DNA of 64,000 nucleotides from positions 27,280,001 through 27,344,000 of the forward strand of contig OX597831.1 in NCBI GenBank assembly GCA_951406725.2, written 5' to 3'. The notes beneath the pieces were generated by a model that saw nothing but the letters and a program-made list of their open reading frames with translations, did not search any database and was not told where the DNA came from. Numbering within the stretch: the first letter of the stretch is position 1; every line of letters starts with the position of its first letter. Shown piece by piece: positions 11,642 to 24,204 of the stretch. A program made the translations under genes and the position numbers. This stretch comes from Octopus vulgaris. Taxonomy: Eukaryota.

Positions 11642-14022
11642 TACAATACATTTTTGAAGCCATGTGCCAATCAGTTTAACCACTGAGAATTTGATTCCTG
11701 TAAATATAATGTTCTTGTAATTTGATGTTGTCTGTTTTTCATGAAGCCCTATACAACTATAGCAATAGATATAATTGTAAAGTACCACTAAGTCTTGTCA
11801 TAACTATTCACTATGGATTTTTTTGATAGCCATGTGCAATTAACAGAGACTAGTGATGTTCAATGCTATTTTATTTTTTTATATAACACCAAAAGGAAAG
11901 AGAGATAAGCTCCCCACCACACACACACACACAGAGGATTACCAAACAAATCTCTCACTTATTCCCAACAGCCAGACCAACTACAATGACCCAGAAGTGT
12001 CCAGTTATGGTTTGGTTTCTTTATAAAGTAATCCCAAAGTGGATGAGAAATAATTCTTTCCTGTTCCCACCTGGCTAGGATAACAGTCCATCACAGCTAA
12101 CATTCCCCTCACATGTTTACTACTGACTGACAATGAGGTGTACTGGGACGCTGTATGCTGCTTGATTAAATGTATGTCTTGACCCTGTTACAACAACGTG
12201 CCTGGAATGTGTTTGGAACTCATACAACAGACCAGGATGGGGCAGTCGAATTCTAGAAACACTTCAACATTTTCTAATATCAAGAAATACTGTAAATGGT
12301 TGATGGAGGGAAAGAAATTGAAAGTTGCTGTGCAGTGGACATAGTTCCAAGTAGGTGTGTGTGTGTGTGTATGTAATGTATGTGGGTATGTATGTGTATA
12401 TATGTGTGTGTGGCTGTATGTATACATGTCTGTAAATATATATATGTGTATGAGTATATATATATACTATATATACATGTGTGTGTATGCATGTATGTAT
12501 GTAAGTATGCATGCAAATATATATGTATGTGTGTGCTGTTGTTGCTGCTGCAGTTGTCGTACATGTAGAAGATGGCAGAATTAGTAGAGCGCCAAGCAAA
12601 ATGTATTGTAGTATTTAGTTATGGCTCCACATTCTGGGTTTCAAATCTCATCAAGGTCGATTTTGTGTTCCATCCCTCTGGGGTTGATAAAATATATTTA
12701 TAGAATAAGAGGAGATGTAGCTGTTTGATTTGTGTGTCTTCTCGTATGGCACTGACTTCAGAGACATCTATCGAAAAGAGGATTTGGATCCTACCAAGAT
12801 TTGAACTCAGAACATTGAAGATGGGAAGGTAGGTGAGTAAAAGTGAAACTATCAAATGGGTGCAGGCATGGCTGTGTGGTAAGAAGCTTGCTTCCCAACC
12901 ACATGGTTCTGGGTTCAGTTCAGTTCCACTGTGTGGCACTTTAGGCAAGTGTCTTCTATAGTCTCAGGCTGACCAAAGCCTTGTGAGTGGAATTGGTAGA
13001 AGGAAACTGAAAGAAACCTGTCATATATATATATATATGCGTCTATGTGTGTGTGTGTGTCTTTGTGTCTGTGCTTGTTCCCCAACACTACTTGACAACT
13101 GATGTTGGTGTGTTTATGTCCCTGTAGCTTAGCAGTTTGGCAAAAAGAGACTAATAGAATAAGTACTAGGCTTAAAAAATAAAATCTCCAGGTTGATTTG
13201 TTTGACTAAAAACCCTTCAAGGTGGTGTTCCAGCATGGCCAGAGTCATGTGACTGAAACAAATAAAAGAATAAATACTTAACCCAACACCTTCCAGAGCC
13301 TACCCCCCCCCCCTCCAGCCACCACACCATTTAGCAACAACAAAGTTAACAAATTTTAAGAGAAGCACTAGGTCCCACAGTTTTTGAAGTGATTGTACTT
13401 GAACTGTACTTTATTTCATGTACTTTATTGAAAGAACGACAAAGTTGGTTTGGGCAGGATTTGAATTCTGATCATAAAAGGACAACAACAAAATACTGCA
13501 AGGCATTATGTCTAGCACTCTACCAATTCTACCATCTGACTAGCATATCATAATAATGGTTTCAAATTTTGGCACAAGGCCAGCAATTTCAGCGTATGGA
13601 CTTAGTTGATCACATCAACCTCTGGGCTCAACTGGTATTTATTTTATGCACCCTGAAAGGATGAAAGGCAAAGCTGACCGCAATAGAATTTGAATTCAGA
13701 TCACAAAGAAAGAGGAAATGCCACTAAGCATTTTGTCCAGTATTAAAAATTCTGCCAGCTTGCTGACTAAATAATACTTTCTTTACTACTATAGGCACAA
13801 TATCTGAAAGTTGGAGGAGGGGGAATAGTCAATTTCATCATTCCCCAGTATTTTACTGGTACTTAATTTATTGACTCCAAAAGAATGAAAGGCAAAGTTG
13901 ACCTTGGGTGAAATTTGAACTCAGAATGTAACGGCAGACGAAATACCGCTAAGCATTTCATCCAGTGTGCTAACATTTCTATCAGCTTACCACCCTTTGC
14001 TGATTTAATAATGAATCTTAAT

Positions 14023-14419
14023 AAAGGCGGCGAGCTGGCAGAATCGTTAGCACGCCGGGCGAAATGCTTAGCGGTATTTCGTCTGCTGCTATGTTCTGAG
14101 TTCAAATTCCGCTGAGGTCGACTTTGCCTTTCATCCTTTCAGGGTCGATTAAATAAGTACCAGTTACGCACTGGGGTCAATATAATCGACTTAATCCGTT
14201 TGTCTCTCCTTGTTTGTCCTCTCTGTATTTAGCCCCTTGTGGGTAGTAAAAAAATAGGTATTTTGTCTGTCTTTACATTGAGTTCAAAATACTCTGCGGT
14301 CGACTTTGCCTTTCATTCTTTTGGGTTCAATGAATTAAGTACCAGTTGTGTACTGGAGTCGATCTAATCGACTGGCCCTCTCCTTCAAAATTTCGGTCCT
14401 TGTACCTATTGTAGAAAAG
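14023..14419 (+). mobile_element. SINE family B (dimeric), Deu/Nin-domain-like core
   Basis: aaggcggcgagctggcagaa head and core gcctttcatcctttcggggtcgat..aagtaccag twice; 16-bp TSD aataatgaatcttaat at 14007-14022 and 14420-14435. Many other copies, e.g. 4521-4930, 36128-36357, 50150-50765, 62446-62662. Confidence 0.88.
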
Positions 14420-15599
14420 AATAATGAATCTTAATCCTTTCTACTATAGGCACAAAGCCTGAAGTTTTTACAGAGGGGCTAGTCAATTACATCGATCCCA
14501 GTGCTTCACTGGTACTTAATTTATCAACCCCGAAAGGATGAAAAGCAAAGTCAACTTCAGCAGAATTTGAAGTCAGAATGCGAAGACAGACGAAATGCTG
14601 CTAAGCGTTTTGCCTGGTATGTAAACGATTCTGCCAGCTTGCCGCCTTAATAATAATAATAATAATTCTTTCTACAATAGGCACAAGACCTGAAATTTGA
14701 GGGAGGAGGATAATAGTTGATTACATCGAACCCAGTACTTGACTGCTACATATTTTATTGACCTCGAAAGGGTGAAAGGCAAAGTTGACCTCGGCGGAAT
14801 TTGAACTCAAAACATAAAGACATAAAATGCTGTGAAGCATTTTGCTCGGCATGCTAACAATTCTGCCACCTTACCACCTTGACAATAATAATAAAAATAA
14901 CAATAATTATATACAAACTGTGTTAAAGACAAGGTAAAAGTATATAAAACGAATAAATATTGGACTGAATGAATTTTGGTGAAAATGTTGAGACTTGTAT
15001 GCATGGTAAGGTGTAGGGATAAGGGGAGATGTTGTAAGGGTGTGGGGTGTGATAAAGCATGGGTATATGTGATATTGTGTGGATGTGGGATAAAGTATCA
15101 GTAGGTGTGATAATATGTGAGTATGGGTAAAAATATAAGGGTATTCGAGGATGTTTGTTGGTACATGTGACATTGTGGGACCATGTGTGATAAAGTTTGA
15201 ATATATATGTGAGTATGAATAATAAGGTGTATATGTATAGATGTGGGTAGGTACTGATATACATGTGGGTGTATATGAAGGGTTTGGTAGCATTTCATTT
15301 ATGTGGGGATGGTAAAATTGACCCTAAATCAGGTGGACCGTTTCAAATGAGAAATACCAAAGTTCCATTGAAATCTAATATAAAGCATGCACACACACAC
15401 ACACACACACAGCAGATGAGATATATTCACAGCTACTGTATACTGAGTATGTTATGCATGCATACATATATATATATATACACACACACACATGCGCACA
15501 CACTCATACACACATATATCAAGTGTACACATATATTAACATAGTAATTAAATATAAATTTCAATAATGTTAATCAGTTTCAGTGAGAAACGGGAAAAA

Positions 15600-15741
15600 A
15601 AAAACAAAACATTTTTATTTGATTCCCAGACTACCCACTCCATCGCCAACGCCATCACTGCCCATGTCATCCTCATCATCATCATCCCCAGTGATATGCT
15701 GTTTATGAAGATTTTTTCAGTTTTATCATTAAGTTTTCAAT
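15600..15741 (-). CDS. SHTN1: Candidate terminal exon (GAT TGA, stop at 15737-15739) with 3'UTR and AATAAA
   Basis: Strong acceptor (poly-T then cag) at 15742-15743. Phase 1 gives D-stop. Minus-strand AATAAA at 15614-15619. Confidence 0.5.
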
Positions 15742-15866
15742 CTGAAAAAAAACAACATAATTCATTAGTTAAATTAAATTAAATCTCAATGTATTCAGTA
15801 TTGAATTTATTTTTCATAACTAGAGAATGTAATGTTATGGCCCCTGTCCTAAAATGTGTGTGTGTG

Positions 15867-15909
<43 letters not shown>

Positions 15910-16659
15910 CATATTTTAACATGTGTGAGGAAGCCTTTTTGGTCAAAAATTAGATTTAAAAATATGAGAGTTTCTTTTACATGGATAGTATTATAATTCT
16001 GTACAAAACCTTTTTCCAAATTATAGGCCCCAAAAATTAGGGGGTTTCTTATACATGTTAAAATATGGTATATATATATATATATGTGTGTGTGTATATA
16101 TATAATGTATATGTATGTATGTATGTATATATATATATATATATATAAAATGTATGTGTATATATATGTATATATATATATATATATAATGTATGTGTGT
16201 ATGTATATATATATATATATAATGTATATATATATATAATGCATATATATGGAGCTGTGCTGTTTTCTGACTTTGTAAACATGTCCACGGGTGTTAGACA
16301 GGTGGAGTTTGAAAAGGTGCTCAGAGTTATTGTTAGTAAGATGGTTAATAATTTTATGGGTGCCTGCCAAGTCAGCTGCCAGACGTCTGAGTTTCCGACT
16401 TTCAGTTTCCGTTTACCAAATCCCCTCACAAAGCTTTGTTCGGCCTGGGGTTATAATAGAAGACACTTGCACAAGGTGCCACGCAGTGGGACAGAGCCCA
16501 GTGCCACGTGGATGGGAAACAAACTTCTTACCACACAGCCTTGCTAGCACCAGTTCTGACCCCACTCTGTGGCACCTTGGCCAACTGTCTTCTATAGTTT
16601 CAGACTGACCAAAGCCTTGTGACAGGATTTGTCAGATGGAAACTGAAAAAAGCCCATCG

Positions 16660-16690
<31 letters not shown>

Positions 16691-19242
16691 ACATACATGT
16701 GTGTGTTTGCATATGTGTCTGTGTGTGTAAATACACATCCCTGCTTTAACATGGTTTTTATAACTTGATGCCTTTCCTTAAAGCAATCACATTATAGAAT
16801 ATACAGGCTACTCCTTTCATGATTCTAGCACTTGAGCGGTGACCATGCAGTTCACAGCACTAAGATCTTTGATTGAGTGGGATTACAATAGAAGGACAGG
16901 TGGTTTTATGCTAGGAGTTGAGACATGAAAGCAGGGGCCAGAACAGAACAGGGTTTTTTTTTTTTGTTGCAGAGGATCTACCCACATTATAGAAAAATGG
17001 GTGTGAGCAACCAAGAAAGATTCCCTATCTCATTATTAAAGAACCCCTACATTTTTTCCACCTCCAGCACCATCCACTCCCCTCCTCCCTTCGTATTTCT
17101 ACCAGAGAAACATTGCTCACCGTTTGAGACTGAATTCTGTTCTGATGTCTCTTCATTCTTCTCTAATGAGTTTGTACCTGAAAAAGACATACATATAGGT
17201 CTTTTACTATATATACATATATATATACATAAGCAGTGATTTGGAAGGAGCACTCAAGACTGAGAAGGCAGATAAACAAAATATTTGCAATAGGGTTTTA
17301 AGTTTTGTGCCAATATTCTGGAACCCATGGTTTCATGCTGACTGATATTAGCAATTTTTTTCAACTAGAATTCAGTTCAGAAATGATACTCTATCAGTCT
17401 CATCACCTATAATAAGTGTCACTTGTGACTTGAATTCTGGATGAAAAATTGCTGATTTTCATCAGCATGAAACCTTGGGTTCCAGAATGTTAGCATATAA
17501 ATCCTGTCAGTATACTACTACAATAAACAACAGATGAGTGTTCTGCAACTTATCTTCACTTTGATCTTGAGCTGAGCATTGGTTTGTATGTATGAGACAT
17601 TATATTACTTTACATATGTATACATAATTTTATATTGCATTTACAAGTAGTATTATATAATAAAAACGTACTCAGTTATTAACATAGAATATATATATTT
17701 TCCATTAATACATTAGCTAAATTTATCTATTATTCCATCACTATAAATTTTATGCCACACAAGCAATCTTCAGATATCTCAGTAAACAATTAGTGCATTC
17801 ATATCCACAACATTTTATGACAAGAATAGCACATTCTAAACCTCTACTTAAAGTTAACACTTGAAATTTTTTGAAAATGACACCATGAAGTAAAACTTTA
17901 TTTACTCAATTATAACAGGGGAACAGAACCTGACTGTGCCCCCTATCACGAACAATGACACCACTCAAGGATTTTAAAGCATACCAAATATTTACAATAT
18001 GCTCTCCCAGAATGCTACATTAACTGGTTTGTATTGTAGAATTTCTCCACTACTGTATTATTTGACACTGACTGCTTGCTTCCATTTTATTTAAACAGCA
18101 GCATCAATTCATGCCTGTTATTTTATTTTATATAAAATATGGTTCACATTTGATACATTTTCAATATTGTCCAACCAGCAGACTTAAGTGTGAAGTCCTA
18201 TGGAATGTTGGTTATTTAATTGTACTGTTTTAAATAGTTTTTGTGCTTCCTTTTACTGAGATACCATCAAAGGGTTGCTTTTTTTGGTGTCCTGAAATTT
18301 AAAGTAGCTGAACACTCAATTTTAACTATAATATATATATATAATATATATATCTACATATATATATGTTTCACTTAGGCAATACTAATAACTCAATATA
18401 CAAATGCTTCAGAATAAAGGGTTTGTTGTTGAGTACAGAGTGTAAAATGAACTGAAATGACAAAAGAACAGGAAATTATGCATTGGACTTCATTAGCTTA
18501 CAACTGTTTCTGCATCAAGATGCTTGTGCATCACATTATAGCTTTCTTAGAGCTTCTCCAAGGAAGCTATCAGATGATGCAAAAAGCACTCAGCTCTGAG
18601 TGTACAACATTGTATCGTAGAAACAACTGTAAGCTAAAGGAAGGTCATAGTATAAAACAGCAGTAAACATCACATTATGGGTTACATAACATCAGCCAAT
18701 GCTTTTGGTATGAATTCAGATGCACATCTTTTATTTACCAAGCAATGGTGTTGCTGACAGATATTCATGGTTAAAATTTAGTTCTGAGATGATTACAGAT
18801 CAAAAATGAGAAAACATATACTTACATAATGAACATGTATCAATATTACAGTTCTATATTTAAGAGATGAGGAATTATGTACATTATTTACATTCGATGG
18901 ATATTTGTCCTCATCTTGTTTGTTGTTAACACATTTCGGCTGATATACCCTCTAGCCTTCTTCAGGTGTGTTGGGGAAAATACAAACCTGGGTTCTCATT
19001 CTTAAGGTATTTTTCGATGTTATTAGTTCTATTATTATTGTTCAGGTCACTGCTTGGAATCGAACTTGGAATCTTGGGGTTAGTAGCCCATGCTCTTAAC
19101 CACTACGCCATAAGCCCGAAATTTCTCCCAAGACACCTGAAGAAGGCTGGAGGGTATATCAGCCGAAACGTGTTAACAACAAACAAGATGAGGACAAATA
19201 TCTGTCAAATGTAAATAATGTAAATATATCAATATTGTGTAT

Positions 19243-19279
<37 letters not shown>

Positions 19280-22200
19280 AAGGCACGTGACTTAATGGTT
19301 GGGATATTTGGCTCACAATCGTAAGGTTGTGAGTTCAGTTCTCGGCAATGTGTTGTGTCCTTGAGCAAGACACTTTATTTTCATGTTGCTCCAGTCCACT
19401 CAGCTGGAAAAACGAGTAGTACCTGTGTTTCAAAGGGCAGCCTTGTCACACTGAGAACTGCATTAAGGGTAAATGTGTCTGCGGAGCGCTCAACCACTTG
19501 CAAGTTAATTTCACGAGCAGGCTGTTCCGTTGATCATATCAGCTGGACCCTCATCATCATAACCGACAGAGTGCTCCTATATATATATATATATATGGAT
19601 TTTGTGCCTTTGAAGAGTGACTAGTGGTCTCTACCACATAGTCTTCCTACAGTCTGTTTACTATTTTACCAGTGTTAATGTTCTACTAAAATTTCTACTA
19701 CAGTTTTCTGGTCAACACTGCTACAATCTGTTGACATACATATAAAACAAAATAAAAAAAAAAAGTGCAGGACTCATGATTTTCAGAAACCTGTTTTTAC
19801 TCCCAGAATTGTCAAAGCATGGAATAAGCTACCTATGGACGTCCATAATTAGCAGTCAGCATACTGTATCCTTCAAAAAATTCCTTGCTTCCTGAACTTC
19901 ACGAACAATTCACCCGATGTAGCCATGCACCCATTCCTCTTTACGACTCTCTTAGTGTTCACTTGTCTCTCTTCTTGTGTTTTATTTTGTGTACTGTGCA
20001 TGTACTTCTAGCTTTCATTGCTGCCTTTCTTTACTTCCCTTGTATGGCTGCTTTCTGTTGCCTCTGTCGTTTAACCCTTTCCAACAAGTTGCAGAGCACC
20101 TGAGCACTGTATGAAATAGGCTTAATTTTATTGTTGTTATTATTATCATTACCTACCAGTTTGCTGTTCCTGTCAGTGTTAACATAATACCAAACCTGTA
20201 TTCTTCCCCTATGTTGACCAACAACGTAGTCGTGTGCAGGAGTTACCTCCCTTGCATTATTTGGTCATGTGATCTATACAATTCAGTTTCTTTCCCTTAG
20301 ACTTCAGTTCTTTGTATTTATATGCTGGGAGTCCTAAGGCACCTAAATTTAGTGTGGTATTCAGAGACATGGTACCTAAGATTGGTGCAATGTCTGATAT
20401 AGAGATGTGGTACCTTACATACAAACATGGAACTCCAAACTGGTTTGGTACCTCACATAGATGTGACATCACGCAATCACAATACCACTCATATCTACAT
20501 ATATATGGTACCTAACATAAACGCAGTACTTCCTATATAGACAGAGTGCCTTACAAGGATATAGGGTACCTCTCCATAGAGACTGCACCTTACATAGATA
20601 TGGTACTTCACATAAACATAGTACTTTACATAAATATATGGAACTTCAGACTGGTATGTTACATAGACATGGTACCTCACATAGTCACAGTACCATCCAC
20701 ATCTATACATATATGATACCTTAAATGGACATAGTACTTTCTATATAAAAAGGGTACCTTACATAGACATAGGATGCCTTTCATAGAGGTGGTACCTGAC
20801 ACAGCTATGGCACCTTGCATAGAGACATAATACTTGATAAACCTAGAAATATAGTACCTTAAACAGGGACATGGTATTTCACACATGCACACAATATCTT
20901 TCATATAGAGATGGTACTTTACATGGATATGGTACCTTACATAGATATGGTCCCTCACTCACAAATATGATACCTCATTAGCACACACATAAACATGGGG
21001 TACCTTGGTAACTTTTAGTGACTCCCAAAAGAAAATGGAGATAATTACAAGGAACTAATCTCTGAAAATGAATTGAAAGGGAAAGGATGATTTTGTTAAC
21101 AGTCAAGGGAGACAACTATGAACATGTTTCTGTCTTTTTGGACTTGTCCAAGATATCAGGCAGTGGAACGAAACCCAACATCTTATGGTTGTGAAGAAAA
21201 TATCTTAACTACTTATACATGCTTGCATCCACACACACACACACACACACACATACATGCATACATACACACACATGCAGAGTAATCCCAGCAAGCCATC
21301 ATGCAATGACCAAACCATCACCAAGCCACTAACCATCGCCATCATCACCAGTGAAACCATCACCAAGCCATCAACATCATCACTTACACCATCAAACTGC
21401 CACCACTACTACCAAACCACGTGACACACACACACTCACACCATCACCATCAGCTCCTCATACACACTCCAATCACCACCAAACCATCTCTCTCTCTCTC
21501 TTTCTTTCTCTCTCTCTCTCACACACACACACCAATCACCACAACCATCACTACAACCACCATACCATTGAACCATGCTATACCTTATATACACATACAC
21601 ACCAGCTACCATCATCATCACCCTCACCAAGCCATCGCCATCACCACCACTGCCACAGCCATTACCAAACCACCTCACACACACACACACACACAACAAT
21701 CACCATAACCATCATAACCAAGCCATCGCCAAACCATCTCTCTCTCTCTCACACACACCTCAATCACCACAATTACCACCACCACCACCACCAAACCATC
21801 TTGTATCTTACACAATACACATACACACACATACCAGCCACTATCACAGTCACCCTCACCACCACTGCCACAATTACCATCAAATCCTATTGCACACGTG
21901 CACACACACAGACACACACACACACACCAGTCACCGTCACTACCTCATCCCCCAAAGCTACCCCCTCCCCCCTGCTCATCCCCAAACCATCATGCATTGA
22001 TGCAGCCATCACCATGGAACCATAGTAAGGTTTTTACTGCTCACTTTTCATACGTATTTTCCGAAACACAGCGGTCAGTTCGTTTAATTCCTGAGAGGCC
22101 GTACTCTTCACCAACAAGTTACCGTCACTTTTGGTACGTTTCATCTTGGTCTGTGAGGGAAGAAGACAGAAAGAAAAAAAAAAACCACAAGGTCTGATTA

Positions 22201-23926
22201 ACGAGGAGTCAAACTCTCAGCTTTAATCCAATGTGTTAGTAGTAGTATTAGTAGCAACAGCGGCAATGGTAGTAGTAGTAGCAGCAACAGCAGCAATGAT
22301 AGTAGTAGTAGTAGTAGTAGTAGTAGTAGCAACAGCAGCAATGGTAGTAGTAGTAGTAGTAGTAGCAACAGCAGCAAATGTTGTAGAACATCATAGTAGT
22401 GGGAAGAGATATGAAAGTAGTAGTAGTAGTAGTAGTAGCAGTGGAAGTGGTGGTGCAGGTGTATTGTGTCTCTGTCCTAAACCCCAGACATCTATTCGAC
22501 CAGTGTCAGTGTCCAGTATCCTCCAACATTAAGTGGAGATGAGAGACCAATCAGCCCTGGATAGGACGCCTGTCCATCATTGAGTAACTCCCCCCCTCTG
22601 CCAGGTACTTACAAGGTCCAGTACCTTACCATCAATACTACCATACAGATGTGACAAGGTATCGCCATTTTTCAATGGTGACACCTACATACACCCAGGT
22701 GGATTGGGTTTGCTAAGAGTTTGATGACTAAGCCATTGATGCAATACAATGCCAGCGACAAGATACGAACTGCTGTCCTTTAGGTTCACTACCTGGTACT
22801 CCCTTCACTTGGTACTCTCTATGTACTTTCTGTTAGCAGCATTGCTAGATTAACAGAATCATTAGAGCATTAAACAAAATGCCTTGTGGTATTTGTTCCG
22901 ATTCTCTCCATTCTGAATTCAAATCCCATCAAGGTCAAATTTACTTTGCGTCCCTCCAGAGATGATCCCAGGGATTAGTTTAATTGAGTAACCCTCTACC
23001 TTTGTTCTTAGTTCAAACTTCACAGAGGGCAACTTTGCTTTTCATTTCTCTGGGAGTCGATGAAAGAAAGTACCAACTACAGTTCTATATTTAAGAGATG
23101 AGGAATTATGTACATCATTAACATTTGACGGATATTTGTCCTCATCTTGTTTGTTGTTAACACAACGTTTCGGTTGATATGAAGGCTGGAGGGTATATCA
23201 GCTGAAATGTTGTGTTATGAAGAAACAAGATGAGGACAAATATCCGTCAAATGTAAATAATGTAAATAAAGTACCAACTGGTGACTGGGGTCAAAATAAT
23301 CAACTAACCCCCCATCTACCTCTCCTCAAAATTGCTGGCCTTGTGCCGAAATTTGAACCCATTATAGAGTGGTGAGCTGGCGTAATTATTAGTGTGTCAG
23401 ACGAAATGCTGAGAGGTATTTCATTCATCATCACATTCTGAGTTCAAATTCTGCTGAGAACAAACTTTGCCTTTCATCCGTGAAGGGTCATTAAAAAAAG
23501 TACCAGTTGAATACTGGGGTCAATATAATCAACTATTCCCTCCCCCAAATTTCAGGCCTTGTGCTTATAATAGGATTCATCATCATCATTTAGCGTCCGT
23601 TCTCCATGCTAGCATGGGTTGGACAGTTCAACTGGGGTCTGTGAAGCTGGAAGGCTTCATCAGGCCCAGTCAGATCTGGCAGTGTTTCTACGGCTGGATG
23701 CCCTTCCTAACGCCAACCACTCCGTGAGTGTAGTTGGTGCTTTTTACGTGCCACCCGCACAGGTGCCAGACAGAGCTGGCAAACGGCCACGAACGGATGG
23801 TGCTTTTACGTGTCACCGGCACGGGGCCAGGTGAGGCTGGCAACGGACACGAACGGATGGTGCTTTTACGTGCCACCAACACGGGGGCCAGACAGAGCTG
23901 GCAAACAGCCACGAAACGGATGGTGC

Positions 23927-23957
<31 letters not shown>

Positions 23958-24171
23958 GGCAATGAGCTGGCTGAATCGTTAGCATGCTTAGTGGCATTTC
24001 AACCATTATTACGATCTGAGTTCAAATTCTGCTGAGGTTCACTTTGCTTTTCACCTTTGAAGGGGTCAACAAAAAAAGTACCAATTGGACGCTGGGCTTG
24101 ATGTAATCAACTCATCCCCACTTCCCCCAAGCTGTCCTTTTGGCAAAAATTCAAAATAATAATGATGATGC

Positions 24172-24204
<33 letters not shown>

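Noticed and set aside
19045-19117. tRNA gene candidates here and at other SINE heads
   Set aside because: Acceptor stems are incomplete and each continues into a repeated SINE body.
20365-21005. CRISPR-like periodic array
   Set aside because: Degenerate tandem minisatellite with no unique spacers, in eukaryotic DNA with no cas genes.
21351-22025. 224-aa His/Thr-rich ORF
   Set aside because: Low-complexity CA/CAC/CT repeats in an intron, antisense to SHTN1.
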